64,000 nt of DNA, from contig OX597822.1 of assembly GCA_951406725.2 (NCBI GenBank), forward strand, positions 60,760,001 through 60,824,000. Direction: 5' to 3'. Below are positions 33,606 to 48,665 of the stretch, one piece after another. This stretch comes from Octopus vulgaris. Taxonomy: Eukaryota. The notes below the pieces were generated by a model. The model made no database searches, was not told the origin of the DNA, and saw nothing but the letters and a program-made list of their open reading frames with translations. How positions within the stretch are numbered: position 1 is the stretch's first letter; each line of letters opens with the position of its first letter. The translations under genes were made by a program, and so were the position numbers.

Positions 33606-36603
33606 TTTGTTTAACATCCACTATCCATGCTGGCATGGGTTGGATAGTTTGTCATGAAGCTGGCCAACTGGGAGCTGCCCAGACTCCAATTGTCTATTGT
33701 ACCACAGTTCCTGTGACTGGATGCCCTTCCTAATGCCAACCACTCAACAGTGCACTGGATGCTGTTTATGTGTCAGCAGTATGGGGGCATTTATGCAGCA
33801 CCAGCACAGGTACATTTATGCAGCACCAGCACAGATGCTTTTTATGTGGCACCAGTATCTGAAAGGACAAGCCTGTATGTGTGTAAGACAACAATTTTAC
33901 TTAGCTTGAGGTGTCTTATCAAGTACAGCAAATCACTACATTTCCCAGTCCCTTGTCATTTCCTCTGTGAGGCCCAGCATCTGAAGATCCTTTCTCACCA
34001 CTTCATCCCATGTTTTTCTGGATCTACCCCTTCCACAGGTACCCTCCACAATTAGAGCTTCTTTATTCAGCCGTCTTCATCCATATGCATGTTATTTATA
34101 AATGTCATCTCTAAAACGTTATTCTTAGATACTCAAATAATTAAAATAATACATTAATTATTTCTTTTTCTCTAGCCTCCAAAACTGGGGATCAAGATAG
34201 TACTTTGGTAAGTAAGATGATATCAGCATCTAATTCTAAAAAGGTTCTATTATTCTAACCAAACAGACTGTCATAGTAACACCTCAGTCACATCTAAAGA
34301 CATCAACAATGCAGGAAAACATAGCTACCACACCAACTACCCATACACATCACCTATATACTAACCGGAGCACAACTATAGCAACAATACACGCATCCAC
34401 TACAACACTCATAAACAGCCCCTACATCACTAATGCACACAGTCATTACTTGACCAAGACCAATAGACAGATATTACACCAACAAAACACAACATCCACC
34501 AGTACATACATCACAACAACAGTAATACATACGACAATACACACTCTCGCTACAACAAAACACACAGACACTAAAATGCCAATACACACTGTCACAACAC
34601 CCACAAGTGTAACCAGTGGTAGTGGGGACAAATTCATTAGGTTCAGCCTCTTGTGGGATCCATGTGATGCAAATGAGAAACATTTTAGATGAAAATTTTT
34701 TTTTAAATTATATTCACAAATGCATACACATATTTTTATTATTTTATTTTCAGTATCATCACCACCAACATAACCGCTATTTTTCACTCCTGCCATTAGT
34801 TATTACCATCACAATTGATACTATTACCAACCTTTACTCTCTTTTACTTGTTTCAGTCATTTGATTGCGGCCATTATGGAACACCACCTTTACTCGCGCT
34901 AATCGACCCCAGGACTTATTCTTTGTAAGCCTAGTACTTATGCTATCAGTCTTTTTTGCTGAAACCGCTAAGTTATGGGGATGTAAACACACCAGCATCG
35001 GTTGTCAAGCGATGTTGGGGAGACAAACACAGACACACAAACATATACACACACATACATATACATATATATACAACGGGCTTCTTTTAGTTTCCGTTTA
35101 CCAAATATACTCACAAGGCTTTGGTCGGCCCGAGGCTATAGTAGCAGACACTTGCCTAAGGTACCACGCAGTGGGACTGAGCCCAGAACCATGTGGTTGG
35201 TATGTATTTATTTATCATCAGTACTTTTGTGCATGTGAGAAGGGTGAAGGTTGCATGCACAGGCACGTTTGTGATGTCTTTCCCTTTGAAGCTTCCTCAT
35301 CATCTTTCTGACAGTTGGTCATTTGTCTTTCTACGGAGGTACCTATCGCCAATCTATTATCACCATCATACTAAGCATCATCACTAACACCTACAAGTCC
35401 ACACTCATTCCTATGTCAGCTGAAAATGTTAAGTCATGCTGTTTTTCTTTTTGGCATTGTAAAAGATTCTAGCATAAATCTTCAAGTCATCTATGTATGG
35501 ATGGATGTACATATGTATGTATACATGTATGTTCATATGTATTTATTTACAAAGGTGGGCACCGTTAATCAAAACATTAACTTCATTAACCATTAATCCA
35601 TTAACCAAAAAGTTAATTTTGATAACCGTTAATCAGTTAATTCTTTAGAAATGTAACGTAAGTTATCAATAAACCCTTAACATTAATTTTTATAATAAAA
35701 AAAAACAAAAAATAAGTTTTTACTCTAAAACCACCTAAAAACACCTTTAAAAACAAACCTGGGTACCAAACTGTTAATCTGTTAATCATTAATTAATGAA
35801 GTTAACATTCGTTAATGATTTAACTTTTAAGTTAACTTTGGAAATCATTATTGGACTAATTAACTTTTGTTACATTTAACTTCCATTAAATTAAGTTGCA
35901 ATTTTTTTTCTATAATTAAAATTAATGTTAAGTGTTTAGAATATCTCTGAACATACATCCTACAAAATCTACCTCTACATTTAACAGGACAGCATTAAGT
36001 ATGTATCTGAAATAGATTTGACGAATAAATTTCTGTTGATAATCTTGGTACGTGAATGAACACCACAACACCTTCTGATTTGACTCCCTTTATGCCACTA
36101 CAATTCAGAAGAAATAAGTTGTCATACTTAAAGATTTAGAAGTAATTTATATAAAAAAAATATATTACCTTCATAATTTATTCAAATAATATTTAAATAG
36201 AGAATTTAGTTTTATAGAAAAAAATTCATATGAAAGTGAAATGGTTTGAAGATTGTTGAATAATATATTTGTCTTTTGTTGTTTATAATGAAATAACTAC
36301 AGGAAACACTTGGACCCAGACCAATCACAAGCACTTAAGGATGCCCTAACACTGCAAAATGTGAAAGTGTAAGTATCTGTTACTCTTTTACTTGTTTCAG
36401 TCATTTGACTGTGGCCATGCTGGAGCACCCGCTTTAGTTGATCGAGCAAATCAACTCCAGGACTTATTCTTTGTAAGCCTAGTACTTATTCTATTGGCCT
36501 CTTTTGCCGAACCGCTAAGTTACGGGGGAATGTAAACACACCAGCATCGGTTGTCAAGCGATGTTGGGAGGACAAACACAGACACACAAACATATACACA
36601 CAC

Positions 36604-36656
<53 letters not shown>

Positions 36657-39600
36657 TACAATGGGCTTCTTTCAGTTTCCGTCTACCAAATCCACTCACA
36701 AGGCTTTGGTCGGCCTGAGGCTATAGTAGAAGACACTTGCCCAAGGTGTCACACAGTGGGACTGAACCCAGAACCATGTGGTTCGCAAGCAAGCTACTTA
36801 CCACAGAGCCACTGTTGAAAATTATATCTCATCATATTGGCATTTCTGCAGATTCATCTTGGCATATTGTTTCATCTCAGTATTTCATAGTTTTCAGTTT
36901 AAAGAGGAGCTGCTTTGATATCCATAATAATTCTTTCTACTATAGGCACAAGGCCAGCAACTTTGCAGTGATTGGAGCTAGTAAATTGCATCAACCCCAG
37001 CACTCAACTGGTACTTCCTTTCTCAACCTCAAAAGGCTGAAAGATAAAGTCAACCTCAGCAGTATTTGAACTCAGAACATAAAGTGCTAGAAGAAATGCC
37101 ACTAAGCATTTTGTTCAGCTTACTACTGATTCTGCTACCTCACTTCCTTATTAGTGTCAGTACTAATGATTCCTTTTTTAGTAATAAGGATTTCTTTTAT
37201 TCATTCCTTTAAACAAGTCATTTCTACATGAGAATATTTCTGTTTCCATCATTGCTCTCTAACTCTTGTGGCTGTGTGGTAAGTAACTTGCTTGCGAACC
37301 ACATGGTTCCAGGTTCAGTCCCACTGACAGTTTCCACATATCACATGTGGGGCCCATGGTTTGTCCTAGTCACCCATGGGCATTCTGAAATAGTCTGTAC
37401 CCTATCCACAATTTGGCACCTTTCACAATCTTATGTAATACCTGCTTTTTTCCAATATGATAACTACACACATAGCAAAATATATCTGGAGAATTTTTAC
37501 ATACTCTAGTAGCCATCCTGAAAGCAGCAGAACTTAGTAATTGGTCTGAAAGAGAAAATTAGACATACATTTAGTAGCGGAACATTATAACAATACTAAA
37601 TACATAATAATATTGAAAGTCGACATATTTTCTTAACTGTTGATGATACACAAAAAATAATTTCATTTTTGGAATCAGCAGGAAAAATGGATTGATAAAC
37701 AATAAAAAGATATAATAAACATTTTTTTTTTGAAAATTGTTACGTTGTGTAATCCTAGTGTAACAAGATGGGGTTGCTTTAGTATCTATAAACAATGGTT
37801 TCAAGTTTTGCCACAAGAACAACAATTTTGAGAAGGGGCAAGCCAATTAATGGGCTCCAGTACTTGACTGGTACTTATTTTATCAACCTTGATAGGATGA
37901 AAGGCGAAGTTCACCTCTGCTGGATTTGAACTCAGAACATAAAGAGCTGGAAGATACTCCTCTAAGCATTTTGTTCTATTTTACAACAATTCTGCCAGCT
38001 CACCTAAATAATCCTTTCTACTATAGGCACAATGCCTTAAATTTTGTAGGAGGGGCCTATTCAATTACATTGACCTAACTACTTGACTGGTAATTATTTT
38101 ATCAACCTGAAAGAATGAAAGATAAAGTCAACCTCAATGGAATTTAAACTCAGAATGTGAAGACACACAAAATGCTGCTAAGCATTTTGCCTGGTCTGCT
38201 AACAATTCCACAAACTTTCCACCTTAAGCTCATCTAAATAATGTGAGCCTTTCTGAATTATACAAAATATTTCTACTTCCATCATTGCTATCTAATTATA
38301 ATTATGCTATAATAAACTGTAATTTACATGGGCCAACAAAGGAACATCTGTGTGTAAGCTGATGAAGGAGCCTTTATACACTCACTGACTTGCTTTAAAT
38401 AGTAACCAAATCTTTCTCAAATCATGCCTCAAGTCTGAAATAATGAGGAGGCACATTGGGTAATGTAATCCTAGATACACTGTCTGAATAAAAGGCAGGA
38501 TGTTCATAACTGGAACATTTGTGAACATATGTCTGTTTGATAAACTCTGAGTTGAGGCTAAACAACAGTAACTCTACTTTTCATGAACCAGTGAACTACA
38601 CCAAGTTGTATACACATTCATGTTATCTGTTGAACTTACTGTTTCTTTTGTTGAACTTAACTAATTTCTCCATTATTAAACTGATATTTGAAACATAACA
38701 AAAGCTTATTACATAAAATTATGACAGAAGAATTTAATTTAGATATAAACAGTGTTAAACAGACCATATAGTATCATTGCACCAACAACAGGCACAAATG
38801 GGTTTGTATCAAAAGGTTTAAACAGTTGAAATTCTTTCAATCCTAAATTGTTCCAAAAAACTTTCCTTCATAAACTGAGTCTGACATAATTTCTATACCC
38901 AACCATACATTGTTTACATTTTATACCATTTCTAGAAAATTCTCTTAAGACTCTTAGATCATAAATGCATCTGAATAAAATAAAATAATAGGTTACCATG
39001 GCATGTTACTCTGCAAGAGACTTCATAACGCTGTTAGTTAGTAAACTCCAAATAGAACTAAAGATATATTTTTGAGATTATAAAATTTCTTTTCAAAGTT
39101 ATTTTAATAATATTTTCTTCTTCAATTCTGCTTTCTGTGTGGTTTTAGTATCCTTGCTGAAATCTTCAATCTTACCAATGTAGAAGATCTCAGAGAAGCA
39201 ATTCTGCTCAACTTATATACATATACACTACAATATGCAAGGGATGAAGACTTCACAATTGAAAAGTTGTCTGCCTACTTTTCCATTGTGAAAGACTCTC
39301 ACGAATACTGTACAGGTAAGTCTACCGTGCATGATCCTGGCTAAATAATCAGTATTCAAGATATAGACAGATTCACCTTTGATTTTTAACAACTTGTATC
39401 TTTTTTATAGATTTTGTTTATGATATTATTTTTGTTGTTAATTATTCTTGGTCAAACATCAAAATGGACAAGGTTGGACAGTAATATATATTACAGTCCC
39501 AGCACTGGAGACAAACACTACACATATACAGTTCCAGTACTACAGATATATTAATGACAACTATATACACATATGGCCCCAGGATCACATGACTATTTGG

Positions 39601-39754
39601 GATGATCACACACTTAAAAATAGTCTTATAAATACCAGATACTCCAGATATATTCACAGTGTTCCAGACACACACAGTCCCAATATCAAAGATGCATTTG
39701 GGACCATCACACAAACACACATAGTGACCAGTACCATAAATCCCAATACCAGAC

Positions 39755-39805
<51 letters not shown>

Positions 39806-42800
39806 TATATAAATATGGAAATTGTAGTTGTGATACCTGTGCTGGTGGCACGTAAAAAGCACCACCCGAACATGGCCGAGGCCAGAGCCTCCATGACTGG
39901 CTTCCATGCCGGTGGCACGTGAAAAGCACCAACCAATGTGGCCACTGCCAGCCTCCCCTGGCACCTGTGCTGGTGGCATGTAAAAAGCACCCACTACACT
40001 CACAGTGGTTGGTGTTAGAAAGGGCATCCAGCTGTAGAAACACTGCCAGATCAGACTGGAGCCTGGTGCAGTCTCCTGGCTTCCCAGACCCCTGTCGAAC
40101 CATCCAACCCATGCTAGCATGGAAAACGGACGGTAAACGATGATGATGATGATGATATATATAGTTGAAAAACTTGGGGTCTACAAGGAGTACAGTTGGA
40201 CATTTATTTTTTAATCACTAAAATTGTTTCCACACAATGTAGTTCTCCAGGTGTGCAGGTACTTGATTATGCAACCGCTTCCCTGCATTATGAGATCTAG
40301 TTGTGTTTTCTCAGGTGATATGTAGATATTGTCTCCATAAGTTCAAAATCTTAGCTTTTTTTATTGTTGTATTTGTATATGTAGTACTCCATGTCGTTGG
40401 ATGTGGCGTTTGATACTTTCACTGTAGGGTTGTATTTCTGAATATATGTACATGTGCCTGTCCGTGTGTTTAGTATGCATGAATGTATGTATTTACATAA
40501 GTGTGTGTGTATACATACCAGTATCTTTGTATGCATATGCATGTGTGTGTATGTATGTACATATATTTGTATATGTGTATTATGTGAGTGCACATACATA
40601 TCTGTATATGTATGTGTGTAAGTGCATATATGCATATATATGTATATATATATGAATATATATATATGTATGTGTATGCACATATGTGTATGTGTGTGTG
40701 CACATGTGTATGTGTCTGTGCATTAGTACATATATAGATGTATATGTGAACCAACATGTATGTGTATGTTTAGGCCGAATCTTAAAGGTCAGCTAGGGAC
40801 ACTCGCATGGGTAACCAACCATGAAGAACAAATCAACAGTACAAAGAAATCAAATGCCAATCCCTATAAAACGGCATCCACTTTAACAGTAGTAGAATCA
40901 CTATCCCACTGCATCTACACATTCAAAGCAGTTTGCCAATGGTTCTTCAGCAACAACACACCCTAAAATAAACCCAGTCACTACTACTAAATTCAGGCCA
41001 TGACAGACAGAAAGAATGATCTTGAAGCCAAGATTTTGAACTTATAAAGATAATATTTACATTCAGCCTGAGGAAGTGCAATTCAATTTCATAATGCAGA
41101 GAAGCGGTTGCATAATCAAGTACCTGCACAGCTGGAGAACTATGTCGCATGGGAATAATTGTAGTGATTAAAAAATAAATGTCCAATCATATTCCTTGTT
41201 GTTGATTCCAATTTTTTCAACTATTTTGTCACACACGACAGATGCAAACCTGAGATTAGAGGTTTCAATTCTCACCTTGATGAATTTTCTGTTCATTGTA
41301 CAAACTTTTTTCTCTGATGACAATTTATTTTTTCTTGTTTAGTTCAAATTTTCATTATTTTAGTTCTGCAGTGCTATTTAATGTGTCCTGTGTTCTCACA
41401 ACAAAAACAATTTGCTTTTTTGAATGGACACTCTTTTCTCAGGTGCCTACCACCACATGCCATACATCGGTTTATCTCCTGATGTACATTGTGTTTTTTG
41501 TGAAACACTTTACCTCTCTTCTGACTCTTCCACATTGGTTTTATTTGTAAACAATCTTTGCATTAAATTTCTTCTGTGTCATGCCTTACTTTTAATATCA
41601 TATCACACTCTTCTGACAGGATATAAATCTCCAGAAACTGTCAGACCAAATAGTTTCAAATACAGTATAAGTTTGTGAATTAGTTAATCATTCAATATTT
41701 GATAGTGCCAATATCTTTTTATACAAATAGCTCTCAAAGACAAACTGTCAGGTAAGCAAGCCAACAAGGGATCTTTTATGCAGTTACTTGGGTTTGCAAT
41801 AACTAGAAACCAGTTCTTCCTCCAACTGCACCCCAGCATCTCACAATTGGATACATTGAATAATGTGAACTTACATACACTCTGTGTCAAGGAAAAAGGA
41901 CGGATGATCATGGCTAGAATATCCTGATCTGGTCTGGTATGAGACAGTCATTTGGTCAGCTGGAAATAGCAGCCAAATCTACTTCAACACCCTACTGTTT
42001 AAAAAGAAAATGGGCTGACCACTTTTGGAATGTCTTTGGTCACAGACCTTGGGCTATCTAAGGGCTAAGCACACAGTCTAGTTTAGAGAAAAACAGCCAA
42101 TGCAAAGCAAAACATTTTCACTAACAATGTCTAGTTTATGGTTCCAACCTAAATTTGTAATTTTTCCTCACTAATGATTCATTTGACAAGAGATAACCCA
42201 GCATCAATCCCACCTTTGCATTAACAATATTAGTAATACAATAGTAACAACATTTATTATTCAATACACCGAAGTAAATATGTCTTTTTTTCTCAGCCAA
42301 CACATGATATTTCATACAAAGTCTATTTTATCCTTTTCAGAAACCTCTTTTATGAACTTAGACGAAACATTTGCATTTTTCAAGGATCTACTCTTGTGTC
42401 ATAGTGTCTATGTAAGTTACAGTACCTCAAATATTTGTTGCACTGTCAAAGAAGCTCCCACTAATGCATGTCATACTGTACATGACACTCTCTATTTCAT
42501 GTTACATCACTATAACAGTCCCTTTAATATATGATATACTCCCTACGTAATTTACTCAAAATCTAATATATCTCAGAGTGACCATATTACAGGGCGGTCA
42601 AGTGAAATTTAACAGTTTGCATAAAAGGAAAAGAAAATAACAATATTCCATCAGAAAATAAAAGTATTTTAATAAATTAAAAATCAGCTTATTCAAAGTA
42701 GCTACCCTCAGCTTCTACTACAGCCTCAAGATGGCTCTGGAACCTGGCACATTCATTCCTCACTGTGACATTGGGGAGAAGCTCAAGCACCTCCTTGATC

Positions 42801-43440
42801 TTAGCCACCAGCTTGGCCTTGGTGTTGTTGGCAGAATAGTTGGCGTCTTTCTCAACCATGCTCCTCATATAGTAATCCATGGGATTATAATTAGCAGAAT
42901 TAAGAGACTAGAAATTGGGGCTAGTGAAGTCATAGAAATTCTGAATCTTTCCAGATATATGGCAAGAAGCTGAATCCTGCTGCCACACATATGGCCTTCC
43001 AGCAGCAACCCTCTCCAGCCAAGGTTTGACCACAGTCTCCAACAGCTAAACATAGCCATCTGAATTGAACCTAAAGCCCTATTCATCAGTTGTTGGATGA
43101 ATTCCAGCATGCACACTCAGTCAGAATACTTGCTGGCTATGACTTCATAGTCTCTGTTGCAGCTGTCCATGTCACATTTTAGTCTTTACAGTGTTCACAG
43201 AACATCAAGCAGCAGTCATGATACAAATAACTCTTTTCCAATATTCAAATGGTTTCCAGTTCTCCATGTCGGCTAAGCTTTTCTCTGCTACAACTTTAAT
43301 CATTATGCTCTCCAATAACTGTTCACCAATGCATCAAACTGTTTTTATAAAAAGGAGATATAAAATATTTTCAAATTTAGCCTGAACACCATGTGTGTGC
43401 ATGGGAATATGTATATATATATGTATTTATGTATGTATAA

Positions 43441-43521
<81 letters not shown>

Positions 43522-45045
43522 TATATATATATATACTGACATGCAGGAAGTAAGTCGACACCTTTAATTTTCAAAATCTTTTATTTAATACGCAAAGTGG
43601 AGCAATTGAAATATAATCGATAAGTAGGACTGCATAGTTTAGTATTTAGTTGACATTCCCTTTGCAGTTTTTAATTCAGAAACTCTTTTTGGCATTGAAC
43701 TGATGAGCTTTGTAATTGTCTCTTGTGGAATTTCTGTCCACTTTTCATGTAACAGTCGAAACAATTCATCTTTAGATTTAGGTTTCTGTCGAGTTTTTCT
43801 TATAGCTCTATCTAGTATGCTCTAAAGATTTTCAATTGGGTTCTTGTCAGGAGATTGGCTCAGCCAAGGAAGCTTTTTCTGATCCTATTTTCAGTCAGCC
43901 ATTGTTGATTCCTTTTCGCTGTGTGGCATGGAGCCCCATCTTCCATGAATAAAACCTCATTTTTCATTATATTATCATGTGAATACATCGGAATTAGTCC
44001 TTGCTTAAGTATTTCGATGTATTTTTCAGAGTTTATGGTTCCAACACATTCGATCAGCTCAGAACGACCATTGCTGGTGACAGTTCCCCATACCATGACA
44101 AAGATACTGCCATATTTCACAGTTGGTTGGAGTCATTTCAAATCAAATTCTTGATTGGGAAGCCTCCAGACCCAAACACATCCACTGTCTGAAAATAATG
44201 CAAATCTGGATTCATCTGAGAAAATCACTCTGTCCCAAAATGAACTGGATTTTTCTGACATCTCCTTAGCCTATTTCTTTCTTTACATGATATTAATTGG
44301 TTGAAGGAGAGGTTTTCTTCTAGCTGCTCGTCCATAATACCCAAGCTTATGCAGATATGTAACACACATTCTTGGACTAACTTCTAGCTGTTTTGCAATG
44401 TCAGAAGTCTTCAAACGGGATTCGTTTTCCACAATTCTCTTCAAACTAGCAAAGCTTCCTTTCCAAGGGCCCAGATCAGCCAGGACGAGAATCTGTTGAT
44501 TCTTTTCCTTGGCTTTTGAATTGCACTATGATTCTATTAACAGCAGCAAGGGGAATCTGAAGATTTTTAGCAATTTTTCACTGGCTAATATCAGCCTCAG
44601 ATTGCCCAACAATATGACCACTTTGAAAATCTGACAATTCTGCTGAATTTTTTGTGTGTGGCATGGTTACTCTTTGCAAATGTTTAATATAATAGCACCT
44701 GGAATGAAAAAGAATAATTACATTGTAAATTCTACACTGATGAAAACATATTAACCCTTTAGTGTTCAGATTACTCTGTTAAATGTAATACTTTTTCACT
44801 CAACTTGTTTTGAATTAATCATGCATTATCTCATAGCTTTGAGGTTTCAATGATGTGATTGTTTATATTTAGAATGACATTGTAGGTTAGGAGTGAGAAG
44901 CTAGATATCGCCAGTTTGAATATAAAACATGTAGAATATATTGGGCCGGATTTGGCCGGTTTAAACACTAAAGGGTTAAGACGCTTAGATCATAAATTTT
45001 GAAAATTAAAGGTGTCTATTCATTTCCTGCATGTCTGTGTGTGTA

Positions 45046-45086
<41 letters not shown>

Positions 45087-48000
45087 CTGTAAATGTAATA
45101 TTTGACAATCATTCGGTAGCCATGGCAAAACTCCAAGTTTCGGATGCCGAGGTGGAAATCCACGCCGCCATCGGAAAAATCTTTTTCCAATAGCCGGATA
45201 ACTGAAGAGATGGCGGCGTGGATTTCCACCTTGGCATCCGAAACTCGGAATTTTATCATGGCTACCTAATAATTGTCACATATTACATTTACAGATAAAT
45301 TCCTCTATTTATATAATATCGAGGTCTCTTTCATTCTTTTGTTATCTTACCATTTTTATCAATATATATATAGATAGATATAGATATAGATATAGATATA
45401 TATGCATACATACATACACACACACACAAATTTTAATCTCTCATTACCTAGCATAAATCCATATCCCTCAGTACTACTCCCCATCTCAGTTGAGGAGTCT
45501 TATTTTGGGTGTCATATATAAATATACATACACACACACATACACACACACACGCATGCACGCACGCACACATATATGTGGTCTGATTAATTAGTATCAG
45601 AACTATTGCCATAGTAACGAAGCTAAAGCATACAGAGTGAAGCTGCTTGGCACAGATTGACCTTGAACTCTGCTGTGCATTCACACTAAGTTTTAATGTT
45701 CTAGCTCACTTCAACTGTTTACAGCAGTGCTTGGAAGTAACATATGTAATGTGTGACCATTGCATTGAACATGACAAAGAAAGCTGAGCAGAGAATCTGC
45801 ATCAAATTTTGCCAAAAGCTTGGCAATATCTGCTGAGATGCCTACACATAGTTTTCAAAAAGTTTTCATCGTTCTTGATACAATCAAGGAGATCTTGTGC
45901 AACTGAAATCCAAGTGCTTTTTTGGTCAGCTGAAAGCAGTTTTGGCACAAACTTGGCAGACACACGTATCATACCCAAATCGTCAGTGATGATGGACTGA
46001 ACTGAACTGTAACTAATCTGCACATCCTCTGATAACTCACATATGGTGATTCAATGATTTCCCCTCACAGCTGCAAGCACATCTGCAATGTTTTTCTCAG
46101 TTCTGCTGGTTGCAGGTGTCCCAGAACATTCGTTGCTATTATTATTTTTCAGCTATCTTGGAAATGTCTGAACCACTTGTACACTTGTGTGTGACTCATA
46201 CATTTTCTGCAACTTTGCATAGGCCTCTGAGCAGATATCGCCATGACAACTTTTTCTGTCATGGTCAATGCGACAATCACACATTACACACATTACTTCC
46301 AAGCACTGCTGTAAACAGGAGAAGTGAGCTAGAATGTTAAAACTTAGTGTGCATGCACAGCAGAGGTCAAGGTTAATCTAATCTGTGCCAAGCAGTTTCA
46401 CACTGTGTGCTTTAGCTTTGTTACAATGGCAACAGTCTGGATACTTATTGATCAGACCTCATATATATATATATGATTCAAAATGTGACCGCATGTGTAC
46501 CATTGGCGATTTTTTTTCCTCCATCTTCCCTTCTCTGGATCTTTCCTTTTCCTATGTTTCTGACAAAGAGCTCTGCTTGAAACGTAAAACCCTCCTTCTT
46601 CCCTTCCTTACTGAGCGTCCAATAATACTATATTTGTTCTACATCCTCGCGTTGTGTTTTCTCTTTGTGTTTTCATGTTTGGATTAATTATATATATATA
46701 TATATATATATAGTAAATATGTATGTATTTACACCACTATGTATTTATGTGCATATATCTTAGTGGATGTATGAGTATGTAGGAATCTTATATTTACTTC
46801 ATTTTGAATCCCACACGAGTCATCAGGTTACTTTCAGTGATTAAAAAGGATAAAAAGACACCCTTCGGTCATTCATGACCGAAGGGTGTCTTTTTATCCA
46901 GAAAGTTCCCCTCTAAAGCACACTCTGGGCAGGGCTACCTATAGAAGACCAGCTGTTGCCCATACATACCCAGCTTCCCCCTCTCCAATCCATCGATGTT
47001 GTTCAAGGGATAAGTAAAGCCCTATACAGCTTGGCACCAGTGATGTCGCAACTCATTTCTACAGCTGAGTGAATTGGAGCAACACAAAATAATGTGACGT
47101 GCTCAAGAACACATTACACAGCCCAGTCCAGGAAGCAAACTCACTGCCTCATGATTGCAAGTCTGATGCTCTAACCACTGAGCCATGCACCTTCACAGTG
47201 ATTATAATTTAGTCAAAGGATGGGGAAAGTTCCTCAATTTTCCTTATTTCTAAACTGGAAAATAGGGTCAACTAGATAAGATTGATGTTTCAAAATGTTG
47301 ACCGTTGTTCTGTTACAATTTAGTTGTGATACTGAGTAATTCATGCAATTGTTGTAGTTGTTGTTTAAACTCATGTAAACATTGATCCATTGATGTAACC
47401 AATATTCCAGTTATTTAGATGTAGTGTTTCAATGGCAATTTTTCCAATGAATCCATTTTCTAAGATGGTAGTATGGAATCTGAGGAATATTTGGCAACTA
47501 TTTCTAGTAATTTTTGTGACACTATAAAGACTTCCCTTACCATTTTAAAGAAAACTGAACACATTGGATAACACTGTATAACAAAATTTTTTATTGTTTT
47601 TGGTTTTTGGTCAGTAAGTGTTATTTCCTATTTGTTTCTATCTAGAAATCAAAGGAAATGACTACTACTCCCTTGCTTTTGTGTCCTGAACAGCAATGTT
47701 TTGAAACTGACCTATATTCCATTACATCTCAGGCAGATTCAGTGCTGGGCTGCTGAAGCAGAAATTTCACTATAGTAAATATTCTGCTCAATACCACAGA
47801 TTTGCTTATCAGTTGCTTGACCATAACCACTTGAGCATGTCCCGTAGTGGCTGGTAATATGTGCATCTCTGATCATGAACAGGAGTAGTAGGGGAGTATC
47901 ATAGCCATGTCTTCGGAGGGATTCTCTGGTTTGAATAAATGTAAGAAAAGCCAAGTTTGAAGGAAATATTAGTAATCTTTTGCATACTTTCTAGGGGTAA

Positions 48001-48617
48001 GCAAATAGGAAATAACAGTTGATACTCAAGGACAAAAATCGTGTTACACAGTGTAATGTACCCCTAAATGCACTCTCACTAAAATAATAATTAGAGTGGT
48101 TATAGCTAGAATGCCTCTGATTATTGGTTTGCTAAACAACAACTGGCCATGACATATTTATTTGTTCATATTTTTAGTGTCCCCCGCATAGTGCAGAATT
48201 GTTTACACTGAATGAAGTAAGGAAGATGTCTTTCCATATGATTAATACATATTTTAGACACTTTAAACTCTACAAGTATGCATTTACTCCACATGTAAGT
48301 CTATTTCATTATCCATATTTAATCTTTCTCTTTAAATGCTAAGTCCATTAAATATGCTTCCTACCATATCATGATAAAAACAATTGTAATCATCTTTTCT
48401 TTATTAACCACAAGAGATCTAAGAGTTACAAAAACTAAGAAAGTTTTACCAGGGGTTACCAAAAAGAAAGGATAATGTGGAGCATGAAATAAACACATTT
48501 ACAAGATACAAAGGGGGTGGGTAAGAGATGTTATACAATATTTGAAAGGAAGTATTAAGAATTTTGAAGGTGAGTACACACACACACACACACACATACA
48601 CACACACACACACGCAT

Positions 48618-48665
<48 letters not shown>

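Noticed and set aside
34309-34692. Thr/His-rich mucin-like ORF
   Set aside because: CA-rich low-complexity sequence in B intron 2, with no splice or homology support
35551-35930. TTAA/GTTAAC-rich segment starting CAAAGGTGGGCACCGTTAATC
   Set aside because: Probably a decayed MITE, but no matching second TIR or TSD could be identified
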